Assembly: GCA_051313645.2 (NCBI GenBank)
Contig: JBNRSN020000020.1
Coordinates: 106,516,001 to 106,580,000, forward strand
DNA: 64,000 nucleotides
Direction: 5' to 3'
Origin: Centroscyllium fabricii
Lineage: Eukaryota
In this document: positions 24,107 to 36,100 of the stretch, in pieces
How the letters are laid out: every line of letters begins with the position of its first letter
Position numbering within the stretch: position 1 is the stretch's first letter
Notes under the pieces: model-generated
The model's database searches: none
Told to the model about the DNA's origin: nothing
Seen by the model: only the letters and a program-made list of their open reading frames with translations
Position numbers and translations under genes: made by a program

Positions 24107-27100
24107 AATCTCTACTCTTCAGTCAGTAATCTCACCTCTTCAGTCATTAATCTCTCCTCTTCAGTCAGTAATCTCTCTTCTTCAGTCAGTAATCTCTCCT
24201 CTTCAGTCAGTAATCTCCCCACTTCAGTCAGTAATCTCTCCTCTTCAGTCAGTAATCTCCCCTCTTCAGTCAGTAATCTCTCCTCTTCAGTCAGTAATCT
24301 CTCCTCTTCAGTCAGTAATCTCCCGTCTTCCGTCAGTAATCTCTCCTCTTCAGTCAGTAATCTCTCCTCTTCAGTCAGTAATCTCTCATCTTCAGTCAGT
24401 AATCTCTCCTCTTCAGTCAGTAATCTCCCCTCTTCAGTCAGTAATCTCCCCTCTTCAGTCAGTAATCTCCCCTCTTCAGTCAGTAATCTCTCCTCTTCAG
24501 TCAGTAATCTCTCCTCTTCAGTCAGTAATCTCCCCTCTTCAGTCAGTAATCTCTCCTCTTCAGTCAGTAATCTCCCCTCTTCAGTCAGTAATCTCTCCTC
24601 TTCAGTCAGTAATCTCTCCTCTTCCGTCAGTAATCTCCCCTCTTCAGTCAGTAATCTCTCCTCTTCAGTCAATAATCTCTCCTCTTCAGTCAGTAATCTC
24701 TCATCTTCAGTCAGTAATCTCCCCTCTTCAGTCAGTAATCTCTCCTCTTCAGTCAGTAATCTCCCCTCTTCAGTCAGTAATCTCTCATCTTCAGTCAGTA
24801 ATCTCCCCTCTTCAGTCAGTAATCTCTCCTCTTCAGTCAGTAATCTCCCCTCTTCAGTTAGTAATCTCCCCTCTTCAGTCAGTAATCTCTCCTCTTCAGT
24901 CAGTAATCTCTCCTCTTCAGTCAGTAATCTCTCTTAATCAGTAATCTCCCCTCTTCAGTCAGTAATCTCTCCTCTTCAGTCAGTAATCTATCCTCTTCAG
25001 TCAGTAATCTCTCCTCTTCAGTCAGTAATCTCTCCTCTTCAGTCAGTAATCTCTCTTCTTCAGTCAGTAATCTCCCCACTTCAGTCAGTAATCTCTCCTC
25101 TTCAGTCAGTAATCTCCCCTCTTCAGTCAGTAATCTCTCCTCTTCGGTCAGTAATCTCTCCTCTTCAGTCAGTAATCTCCCATCTTCCGTCAGTAATCTC
25201 TCCTCTTCAGTCAGTAATCTCCCCTCTTCAGTCAGTAATCTCCCATCTTCAGTCAGTAATCTCCCCTCTTCAGTCAGTAATCTCTCCTCTTCAGTCAGTA
25301 ATCTCTCCTCTTCAGTCAGTAATCTCTCTTCACTCAGTAATCTCCCCTCTTCCGTCAGTAATCTCTCCTCTTCAGTCAGTAATCTCTCCTCTTCAGTCAG
25401 TAATCTCTCCTCTTCAGTCAGTAATATCACCTCTTCAGTCATTAATCTCTCCTCTTCAGTCAGTAATCTCTCTTCTTCAGTCAGTAATCTCTCCTCTTCA
25501 GTCAGTAATCTCTCTTCTTCAGTCAGTAATCTCCCCTCTTCAGTCAGTAATCTCTCCTCTTCAGTCAGTAATCTCCCCACTTCAGTCAGTAATCTCTCCT
25601 CTTCAGTCAGTAATCTCCCCTCTTCAGTCAGTAATCTCTCCTCTTCAGTCAGTAATCTCTCCTCTTCAGTCAGTAATCTCCCCTCTTCAGTCAGTAATCT
25701 CCCGTCTTCCGTCAGTAATCTCTCCTCTTCAGTCAGTAATCTCTCCTCTTCAGTCAGTAATCTCTCATCTTCAGTCAGTAATCTCTCCTCTTCAGTCAGT
25801 AATCTCCCCTCTTCAGTCAGTAATCTCTCCTCTTCAGTCAGTAATCTCTCCTCTTCAGTCAGTAATCTCTCCTCCTCCGTCAGTAATCTCCCCTCTTCAG
25901 TCAGTAATCTCTCCTCTTCAGTCAGTAATCTCCCCTCTTCAGTCAGTAATCTCTCCTCTTCAGTCAGTAATCTCTCCTCTTCAGTCAGTAATCTCCCCTC
26001 TTCAGTCAGTAATCTCTCCTCTTCAGTCAGTAATCTCTCATCTTCAGTCAGTAATCTCTCCTCTTCAGTCAGTAATCTTCCCTCTTCAGTCAGTAATCTC
26101 CCCTCTTCAGTCAGTAATCTCCCCTCTTCAGTCAGTAATCTCTACTCTTCAGTCAGTAATCTCTCCTCTTCAGTCAGTATTCTCTCCTCTTCAGTCAGTA
26201 ATCTCTCCTCTTCAGTCAGTAATCTCTCCTCTTCAGTCAGTATTCTCTCCTCTTCAGTCAGTAATCTCTCCTCTTCAGTCAGTAATCTCTCCTCTTCAGT
26301 CAGTAATCTCTCCTCTTTATTCAGTAATCTCTACTCTTCAGTCAGTAATCTCACCTCTTCAGTCATTAATCTCTCCTCTTCAGTCAGTAATCTCTCTTCT
26401 TCAGTCAGTAATCTCTCCTCTTCAGTCAGTAATCTCCCCACTTCAGTCAGTAATCTCTCCTCTTCAGTCAGTAATCTCCCCTCTTCAGTCAGTAATCTCT
26501 CCTCTTCAGTCAGTAATCTCTCCTCTTCAGTCAGTAATCTCCCCTCTTCAGTCAGTAATCTCCCGTCTTCCGTCAGTAATCTCTCCTCTTCAGTCAGTAA
26601 TCTCTCCTCTTCAGTCAGTAATCTCTCATCTTCAGTCAGTAATCTCTCCTCTTCAGTCAGTAATCTCCCCTCTTCAGTCAGTAATCTCCCCTCTTCAGTC
26701 AGTAATCTCCCCTCTTCAGTCAGTAATCTCTCCTCTTCAGTCAGTAATCTCTCCTCTTCAGTCAGTAATCTCCCCTCTTCAGTCAGTAATCTCTCCTCTT
26801 CAGTCAGTAATCTCCCCTCTTCAGTCAGTAATCTCTCCTCTTCAGTCAGTAATCTCTCCTCTTCCGTCAGTAATCTCCCCTCTTCAGTCAGTAATCTCTC
26901 CTCTTCAGTCAATAATCTCTCCTCTTCAGTCAGTAATCTCTCATCTTCAGTCAGTAATCTCCCCTCTTCAGTCAGTAATCTCTCCTCTTCAGTCAGTAAT
27001 CTCCCCTCTTCAGTCAGTAATCTCTCATCTTCAGTCAGTAATCTCCCCTCTTCAGTCAGTAATCTCTCCTCTTCAGTCAGTAATCTCCCCTCTTCAGTTA

Positions 27101-30100
27101 GTAATCTCCCCTCTTCAGTCAGTAATCTCTCCTCTTCAGTCAGTAATCTCTCCTCTTCAGTCAGTAATCTCTCTTAATCAGTAATCTCCCCTCTTCAGTC
27201 AGTAATCTCTCCTCTTCAATCAGTAATCTCTCCTCTTCAGTCAGTAATCTCTCCTCTTCAGTCAGTAATCTCTCCTCTTCAGTCAGTAATCTCACCTCTT
27301 CAGTCATTAATCTCTCCTCTTCAGTCAGTAATCTCTCTTCTTCAGTCAGTAATCTCCCCACTTCAGTCAGTAATCTCTCCTCTTCAGTCAGTAATCTCCC
27401 CTCTTCAGTCAGTAATCTCTCCTCTTCAGTCAGTAATCTCTCCTCTTCAGTCAGTAATCTCCCATCTTCCGTCAGTAATCTCTCCTCTTCAGTCAGTAAT
27501 CTCTCCTCTTCAGTCAGTAATCTCTCATCTTCAGTCAGTAATCTCTCCTCTTCAGTCAGTAATCTCCCATCTTCCGTCAGTAATCTCTCCTCTTCAGTCA
27601 GTAATCTCTCCTCTTCAGTCAGTAATCTCTCCTCTTCAGTCAGTAATCTCTCTTCACTCAGTAATCTCCCCTCTTCAGTCAGTAATCTCCCATCTTCCGT
27701 CAGTAGTCTCTCCTCTTCAGTCAGTAATCTCTCCTCTTCAGTCAGTAATCTCTCATCTTCAGTCAGTAATCTCTCCTCTTCAGTCAGTAATCTCCCCTCT
27801 TCAGTCAGTAATCTCCCCTCTTCAGTCAGTAATCTCTCCTCTTCAGTCAGTAATCTCTCCTCTTCAGTCAGTAATCTCCCCTCTTCAGTCAGTAATCTCT
27901 CCTCTTCAGTCAGTAATCTCCCCTCTTCAGTCAGTAATCTCTCCTCTTCAGTCAGTAATCTCTCCTCTTCCGTCAGTAATCTCCCCTTTCAGTCAGTAAT
28001 CTCTCCTATTCAGTCAGTAATCTCCCCTCTTCAGTCAGTAATCTCTCCTCTTCAGTCAGTAATCTCTCCTCTTCAGTCAGTAATCTCCCCTCTTCAGTCA
28101 GTAATCTCCCGTCTTCCGTCAGTAATCTCTCCTCTTCAGTCAGTAATCTCTCCTCTTCAGTCAGTAGTCTCTCATCTTCAGTCAGTAATCTCCCCTCTTC
28201 AGTCAGTAATCTCTCCTCTTCAGTCAGTAATCTCTCTTCAGTCAGTTATCTCCCCTCTTCAGTCAGTAATCTCTCCTCTTCAGTCAGTAATCTCCCCTCT
28301 TCAGTCAGTAATCTCTCCTCTTCAGTCAGTAATCTCTCCTCTTCAGTCAGTAATCTCCCCTCTTCAGTCAGTAATCTCTCCTCTTCAGTCAGTAATCTCC
28401 CCTCTTCAGTCAGTAATCTCTCCTCTTCAGTCAGTAATCTCCCCTCTTCAGTCAGTAATCTCTCCTCTTCAGTCAGTAATCTCTCCTCTTCAGTCAGTAA
28501 TCTCCCATCTTCCGTCAGTAATCTCTCCTCTTCAGTCAGTAATCTCTCCTCTTCAGTCAGTAATCTCTCATCTTCAGTCAGTAATCTCTCCTCTTCAGTC
28601 AGTAATCTCCCATCTTCCGTCAGTAATCTCTTCTCTTCAGTCAGTAATCTCTCCTCTTCAGTCAGTAATCTCTCCTCTTCAGTCAGTAATCTCTCTTCAC
28701 TCAGTAATCTCCCCTCTTCAGTCAGTAATCTCCCATCTTCCGTCAGTAATCTCTCCTCTTCAGTCAGTAATCTCTCCTCTTCAGTCAGTAATCTCTCATC
28801 TTCAGTCAGTAATCTCTCCTCTTCAGTCAGTAATCTCCCCTCTTCAGTCAGTAATCTCCCCTCTTCAGTCAGTAATCTCTCCTCTTCAGTCAGTAATCTC
28901 TCCTCTTCAGTCAGTAATCTCCCCTCTTCAGTCAGTAATCTCTCCTCTTCAGTCAGTAATCTCCCCTCTTCAGTCAGTAATCTCTCCTCTTCAGTCAGTA
29001 ATCTCTCCTCTTCCGTCAGTAATCTCCCCTTTCAGTCAGTAATCTCTCCTATTCAGTCAGTAATCTCCCCTCTTCAGTCAGTAATCTCTCCTCTTCAGTC
29101 AGTAATCTCTCCTCTTCAGTCAGTAATCTCCCCTCTTCAGTCAGTAATCTCCCGTCTTCCGTCAGTAATCTCTCCTCTTCAGTCAGTAATCTCTCCTCTT
29201 CAGTCAGTAGTCTCTCATCTTCAGTCAGTAATCTCTCCTCTTCAGTCAGTAATCTCCCCTCTTCAGTCAGTAATCTCCCGTCTTCCGTCAGTAATCTCTC
29301 CTCTTCAGTCAGTAATCTCTCATCTTCAGTCAGTAATCTCCCCTCTTCAGTCAGTAATCTCTCCTCTTCAGTCAGTAATCTCCCCTCTTCAGTTAGTAAT
29401 CTCCCCTCTTCAGTCAGTAATCTCTCCTCTTCAGTCAGTAATCTCTCCTCTTCAGTCAGTAATCTCTCTTAATCAGTAATCTCCCCTCTTCAGTCAGTAA
29501 TCTCTCCTCTTCAGTCAGTAATCTCTCATCTTCAGTCAGTAATCTCTCCTCTTCAGTCAGTAATCTCTCCTCTTCAGTCAGTAATCTCACCTCTTCAGTC
29601 ATTAATCTCTCCTCTTCAGTCAGTAATCTCTCTTCTTCAGTCAGTAATCTCCCCACTTCAGTCAGTAATCTCTCCTCTTCAGTCAGTGATCTCCCATCTT
29701 CCGTCAGTAATCTCTCCTCTTCAGTCAGTAATATCTCCTCTTCAGTCAGTAATCTCTCCTCTTCAGTCAGTAATCTCTCTTCACTCAGTAATCTCCCCTC
29801 TTCAGTCAGTAATCTCCCATCTTCCATCAGTAGTCTCTCCTCTTCAGTCAGTAATCTCTCCTCTTCAGTCAGTAATCTCTCATCTTCAGTCAGTAATCTC
29901 TCCTCTTCAGTCAGTAATCTCCCCTCTTCAGTCAGTAATCTCCCCTCTTCAGTCAGTAATCTCTCCTCTTCAGTCAGTAATCTCTCCTCTTCAGTCAGTA
30001 ATCTCCCCTCTTCAGTCAGTAATCTCTCCTCTTCAGTCAGTAATCTCCCCTCTTCAGTCAGTAATCTCTCCTCTTCAGTCAGTAATCTCTCCTCTTCCGT

Positions 30101-33100
30101 CAGTAATCTCCCCTTTCAGTCAGTAATCTCTCCTATTCAGTCAGTAATCTCCCCTCTTCAGTCAGTAATCTCTCCTCTTCAGTCAGTAATCTCTCCTCTT
30201 CAGTCAGTAATCTCCCCTCTTCAGTCAGTAATCTCCCGTCTTCCGTCAGTAATCTCTCCTCTTCAGTCAGTAATCTCTCCTCTTCAGTCAGTAGTCTCTC
30301 ATCTTCAGTCAGTAATCTCTCATCTTCAGTCAGTAATCTCCCCTCTTCAGTCAGTAATCTCCCCTCTTCAGTCAGTAATCTCCCCTCTTCAGTCAGTAAT
30401 CTCTCCTCTTCAGTCAGTAATCTCTCTTCAGTCAGTAATCTCCCCTCTTCAGTCAGTAATCTCTCCTCTTCAGTCAGTAATCTCCCCTCTTCAGTCAGTA
30501 ATCTCTCCTCTTCAGTCAGTAATCTCTCCTCTTCAGTCAGTAATCTCCCCTCTTCAGTCAGTAATCTCTCCTCTTCAGTCAGTAATCTCCCCTCTTCAGT
30601 CAGTAATCTCTCCTCTTCAGTCAGTAATCTCCCCTCTTCAGTCAGTAATCTCTCCTCTTCAGTCAGTAATCTCTCCTCTTCAGTCAGTAATCTCCCATCT
30701 TCCGTCAGTAATCTCTCCTCTTCAGTCAGTAATCTCTCCTCTTCAGTCAGTAATCTCTCATCTTCAGTCAGTAATCTCTCCTCTTCAGTCAGTAATCTCC
30801 CATCTTCCGTCAGTAATCTCTCCTCTTCAGTCAGTAATCTCTCCTCTTCAGTCAGTAATCTCTCCTCTTCAGTCAGTAATCTCTCTTCACTCAGTAATCT
30901 CCCCTCTTCAGTCAGTAATCTCCCATCTTCCGTCAGTAATCTCTCCTCTTCAGTCAGTAATCTCTCCTCTTCAGTCAGTAATCTCTCATCTTCAGTCAGT
31001 AATCTCTCCTCTTCAGTCAGTAATCTCCCCTCTTCAGTCAGTAATCTCCCCTCTTCAGTCAGTAATCTCTCCTCTTCAGTCAGTAATCTCTCCTCTTCAG
31101 TCAGTAATCTCCCCTCTTCAGTCAGTAATCTCTCCTCTTCAGTCAGTAATCTCCCCTCTTCAGTCAGTAATCTCTCCTCTTCAGTCAGTAATCTCTCCTC
31201 TTCCGTCAGTAATCTCCCCTTTCAGTCAGTAATCTCTCCTATTCAGTCAGTAATCTCCCCTCTTCAGTCAGTAATCTCTCCTCTTCAGTCAGTAATCTCT
31301 CCTCTTCAGTCAGTAATCTCCCCTCTTCAGTCAGTAATCTCCCGTCTTCCGTCAGTAATCTCTCCTCTTCAGTCAGTAATCTCTCCTCTTCAGTCAGTAG
31401 TCTCTCATCTTCAGTCAGTAATCTCTCCTCTTCAGTCAGTAATCTCCCCTCTTCAGTCAGTAATCTCCCCTCTTCAGTCAGTAATCTCCCCTCTTCAGTC
31501 AGTAATCTCTCCTCTTCAGTCAGTAATCTCTCTTCAGTCAGTAATCTCCCCTCTTCAGTCAGTAATCTCTCCTCTTCAGTCAGTAATCTCCCCTCTTCAG
31601 TCAGTAATCTCTCCTCTTCAGTCAGTAATCTCTCCTCTTCCGTCAGTAATCTCCCCTCTTCAGTCAGTAATCTCTCCTCTTCAGTCAATAATCTCTCCTC
31701 TTCAGTCAGTAATCTCTCATCTTCAGTCAGTAATCTCCCCTCTTCAGTCAGTAATCTCTCCTCTTCAGTCAGTAATCTCCCCTCTTCAGTAAGTAATCTC
31801 CCCTCTTCAGTCAGTAATCTCTCCTCTTCAGTCAGTAATCTCTCCTCTTCAGTCAGTAATCTCTCTTAATCAGTAATCTCCCCTCTTCAGTCAGTAATCT
31901 CTCCTCTTCAGTCAGTAATCTCTCCTCTTCAGTCAGTAATCTCTCCTCTTCAGTCAGTAATCTCTCCTCTTCAGTCAGTAATCTCACCTCTTCAGTCAGT
32001 AATCTCTCTTCTTCAGTCAGTAATCTCCCCACTTCAGTCAGTAATCTCTCCTCTTCAGTCAGTAATCTCCCCTCTTCAGTCAGTAATCTCTCCTCTTCAG
32101 TCAGTAATCTCTCCTCTTCAGTCAGTAATCTCCCATCTTCCGTCAGTAATCTCTCCTCTTCAGTCAGTAATCTCTCCTCTTCAGTCAGTAATCTCTCATC
32201 TTCAGTCAGTAATCTCTCCTCTTCAGTCAGTAATCTCCCATCTTCCGTCAGTAATCTCTCCTCCTCAGTCAGTAATCTCTCCTCTTCAGTCAGTAATCTC
32301 TCCTCTTCAGTCAGTAATCTCTCTTCACTCAGTAATCTCCCCTCTTAAGTCAGTAATCTCCCATCTTCCGTCAGTAATCTCTCCGCTTCAGTCAGTAATC
32401 TCTCCTCTTCAGTCAGTAATCTCTCATCTTCAGTCAGTAATCTCTCCTCTTCAGTCAGTAATCTCCCCTCTTCAGTCAGTAATCTCCCCTCTTCAGTCAG
32501 TAATCTCTCCTCTTCAGTCAGTAATCTCTCCTCTTCAGTCAGTAATCTCCCCTCTTCAGTCAGTAATCTCTCCTCTTCAGTCAGTAATCTCCCCTCTTCA
32601 GTCAGTAATCTCTCCTCTTCAGTCAGTAATCTCTCCTCTTCCGTCAGTAATCTCTCCTCTTCAGTCAATAATCTCTCCTCTTCAGTCAGTAATCTCTCAT
32701 CTTCAGTCAGTAATCTCCCCTCTTCAGTCAGTAATCTCTCCTCTTCAGTCAGTAATCTCCCCTCTTCAGTAAGTAATCTCCCCTCTTCAGTCAGTAATCT
32801 CTCCTCTTCAGTCAGTAATCTCTCCTCTTCAGTCAGTAATCTCTCTTAATCAGTAATCTCCCCTCTTCAGTCAGTAATCTCTCCTCTTCAGTCAGTAATC
32901 TCTCCTCTTCAGTCAGTAATCTCTCCTCTTCAGTCAGTAATCTCTCCTCTTCAGTCAGTAATCTCACCTCTTCAGTCAGTAATCTCTCTTCTTCAGTCAG
33001 TAATCTCCCCACTTCAGTCAGTAATCTCTCCTCTTCAGTCAGTAATCTCCCCTCTTCAGTCAGTAATCTCTCCTCTTCAGTCAGTAATCTCTCCTCTTCA

Positions 33101-36100
33101 GTCAGTAATCTCCCATCTTCCGTCAGTAATCTCTCCTCTTCAGTCAGTAATCTCTCCTCTTCAGTCAGTAATCTCTCATCTTCAGTCAGTAATCTCTCCT
33201 CTTCAGTCAGTAATCTCCCATCTTCCGTCAGTAATCTCTCCTCCTCAGTCAGTAATCTCTCCTCTTCAGTCAGTAATCTCTCCTCTTCAGTCAGTAATCT
33301 CTCTTCACTCAGTAATCTCCCCTCTTCAGTCAGTAATCTCCCATCTTCCGTCAGTAATCTCTCCGCTTCAGTCAGTAATCTCTCCTCTTCAGTCAGTAAT
33401 CTCTCATCTTCAGTCAGTAATCTCTCCTCTTCAGTCAGTAATCTCCCCTCTTCAGTCAGTAATCTCCCCTCTTCAGTCAGTAATCTCTCCTCTTCAGTCA
33501 GTAATCTCTCCTCTTCAGTCAGTAATCTCCCCTCTTCAGTCAGTAATCTCTCCTCTTCAGTCAGTAATCTCCCCTCTTCAGTCAGTAATCTCTCCTCTTC
33601 AGTCAGTAATCTCTCCTCTTCCGTCAGTAATCTCCCCTTTCAGTCAGTATTCTCTCCTATTCAGTCAGTAATCTCCCCTCTTCAGTCAGTAATCTCTCCT
33701 CTTCAGTCAGTAATCTCTCCTCTTCAGTCAGTAATCTCCCCTCTTCAGTCAGTAATCTCCCGTCTTCCGTCAGTAATCTCTCCTCTTCAGTCAGTAATCT
33801 CTCCTCCTCAGTCAGTAGTCTCTCATCTTCAGTCAGTAATCTCTCCTCTTCAGTCAGTAATCTCCCCTCTTCAGTCAGTAATCTCCCCTCTTCAGTCAGT
33901 AATCTCCCCTCTTCAGTCAGTAATCTCTCCTCTTCAGTCAGTAATCTCTCTTCAGTCAGTAATCTCCCCTCTTCAGTCAGTAATCTCTCCTCTTCAGTCA
34001 GTAATCTCTCCTCTTCAGTCAGTAATCTCTCCTCTTCCGTCAGTAATCTCCCCTCTTCAGTCAGTAATCTCTCCTCTTCAGTCAATAATCTCTCCTCTTC
34101 AGTCAGTAATCTCTCAGCTTCAGTCAGTACTCTCCCCTCTTCAGTCAGTAATCTCTCCTCTTCAGTCAGTAATCTCCCCTCTTCTGTCAGTAATCTCTCC
34201 TCTTCAGTCAGTAATCTCTCTTCACTCAGTAATCTCCCCTCTTCAGTCAGTAATCTCTCCTCTTCAGTCAGTAATCTCTCCTCTTCAGTCAGTAATCTCT
34301 CCTCTTCATCAGTAATCTCTCCTCTTCAGTCAGTAATCTCACCTCTTCAGTCATTAATCTCTCCTCTTCAGTCAGTAATCTCTCTTCTTCAGTCAGTAAT
34401 CTCTCCTCTTCAGTCAGTAATCTCCCCTCTTCAGTCAGTAATCTCTCCTCTTCAGTCAGTAATCTCTCCTCTTCAGTCAGTAATCTCCCCTCTTCAGTCA
34501 GTAATCTCCCGTCTTCCGTCAGTAATCTCTCCTCTTCAGTCAGTAATCTCTCCTCTTCAGTCAGTAATCTCTCATCTTCAGTCAGTAATCTCTCCTCTTC
34601 AGTCAGTAATCTCCCCTCTTCAGTCAGTAATCTCCCCTCTTCAGTCAGTAATCTCCCCTCTTCAGTCAGTAATCTCTCCTCTTCAGTCAGTAATCTCTCC
34701 TCTTCAGTCAGTAATCTCCCCTCTTCAGTCAGCAATCTCTCCTCTTCAGTCAGTAATCTCCCCTCTTCAGTCAGTATTCTCTCCTAATCAGTCAGTAATC
34801 TCCCCTCTTCAGTCAGCAATCTCTCCTCTTCAGTCAGTAATCTCCCCTCTTCAGTCAGTAATCTCTCCTCTTCAGTCAGTAATCTCTCCTCTTCAGTCAG
34901 TAATCTCTCCTCTTCAGTCAGTAATCTCCCCTCTTCAGTCAGTAATCTCTCCTCTTCAGTCAGTAATCTACCCTCTTCAGTCAGTAATCTCCCCTCTTCA
35001 GTCAGTAATCTCTCCTCTTCAGTCAGTAATCTCTCCTCTTCCGTCAGTAATCTCCCCTCTTCAGTCAGTAATCTCTCCTCTTCAGTCAATAATCTCCCCT
35101 CTTCAGTCAGTAATCTCTCCTCTTCAGTCAGTAATCTCTCCTCTTCCATCAGTAATCTCCCCTCTTCAGTCAGTAATCTCTCCTCTTCAGTCAATAATCT
35201 CTCCTCTTCAGTCAGTAATCTCTCATCTTCAGTCAGTAATCTCCCCTCTTCAGTCAGTAATCTCTCCTCTTCAGTCAGTAATCTCCCCTCTTCAGTCAGT
35301 AATCTCTCATCTTTAGTCAGTAATCTCCCCTCTTCAGTCAGTAATCTCTCCTCTTCAGTCAGTAATCTCTCCTCTTACGTCAGTAATCTCCCCTCTTCAG
35401 TCAGTAATCTCTCCTCTTCAGTCAGTAATCTCTCCTCTTCAGTCAGTAATCTCCCCTCTTCAGTCAGTAATCTCTCATCTTCAGTCAGTAATCTCCCCTC
35501 TTCAGTCAGTAATCTCTCCTCTTCAGTCAGTAATCTCCCCTCTTCAGTCAGTAATCTCCCCTCTTCAGTCAGTAATCTCTCCTCTTCAGTCAGTAATCTC
35601 CCCTCTTCAGTCAGTAATCTCCCCTCTTCAGTCAGTAATCTCTCATCTTCAGTCAGTAATCTCCCCTCTTCAGTCAGTAATCTCTCCTCTTCAGTCAGTA
35701 ATCTCCCCTCTTCAGTCAGTAATCTCCCCTCTTCAGTCAGTAATCTCTCATCTTCAGTCAGTAATCTCCCCTCTTCAGTCAGTAATCTCTCCTCTTCAGT
35801 CAGTAATCTCCCCTCTTCAGTAGGTAATCTCCCCTCTTCAGTCAGTAATCTCTCCTCTTCAGTCAGTAATTTCTCCTCTTCAGTCAGTAATCTCACTTCA
35901 CTCAGTAATCTCCCCTCTTCAGTCAGTAATCTCTCCTCTTCAGTCAGTAATCTCTCCTCTTCAGTCAGTAATCTCTCCTCTTCAGTCAGTAATCTCTCCT
36001 CTTCAGTTAGTAATCTCTCCTCTTCAGTCAGTAATCTCTCCTCTTCAGTCAGTAATCTCCCCTCTTCAGTCAGTAATCTCTCCTCTTCAGTCAGTAATCT

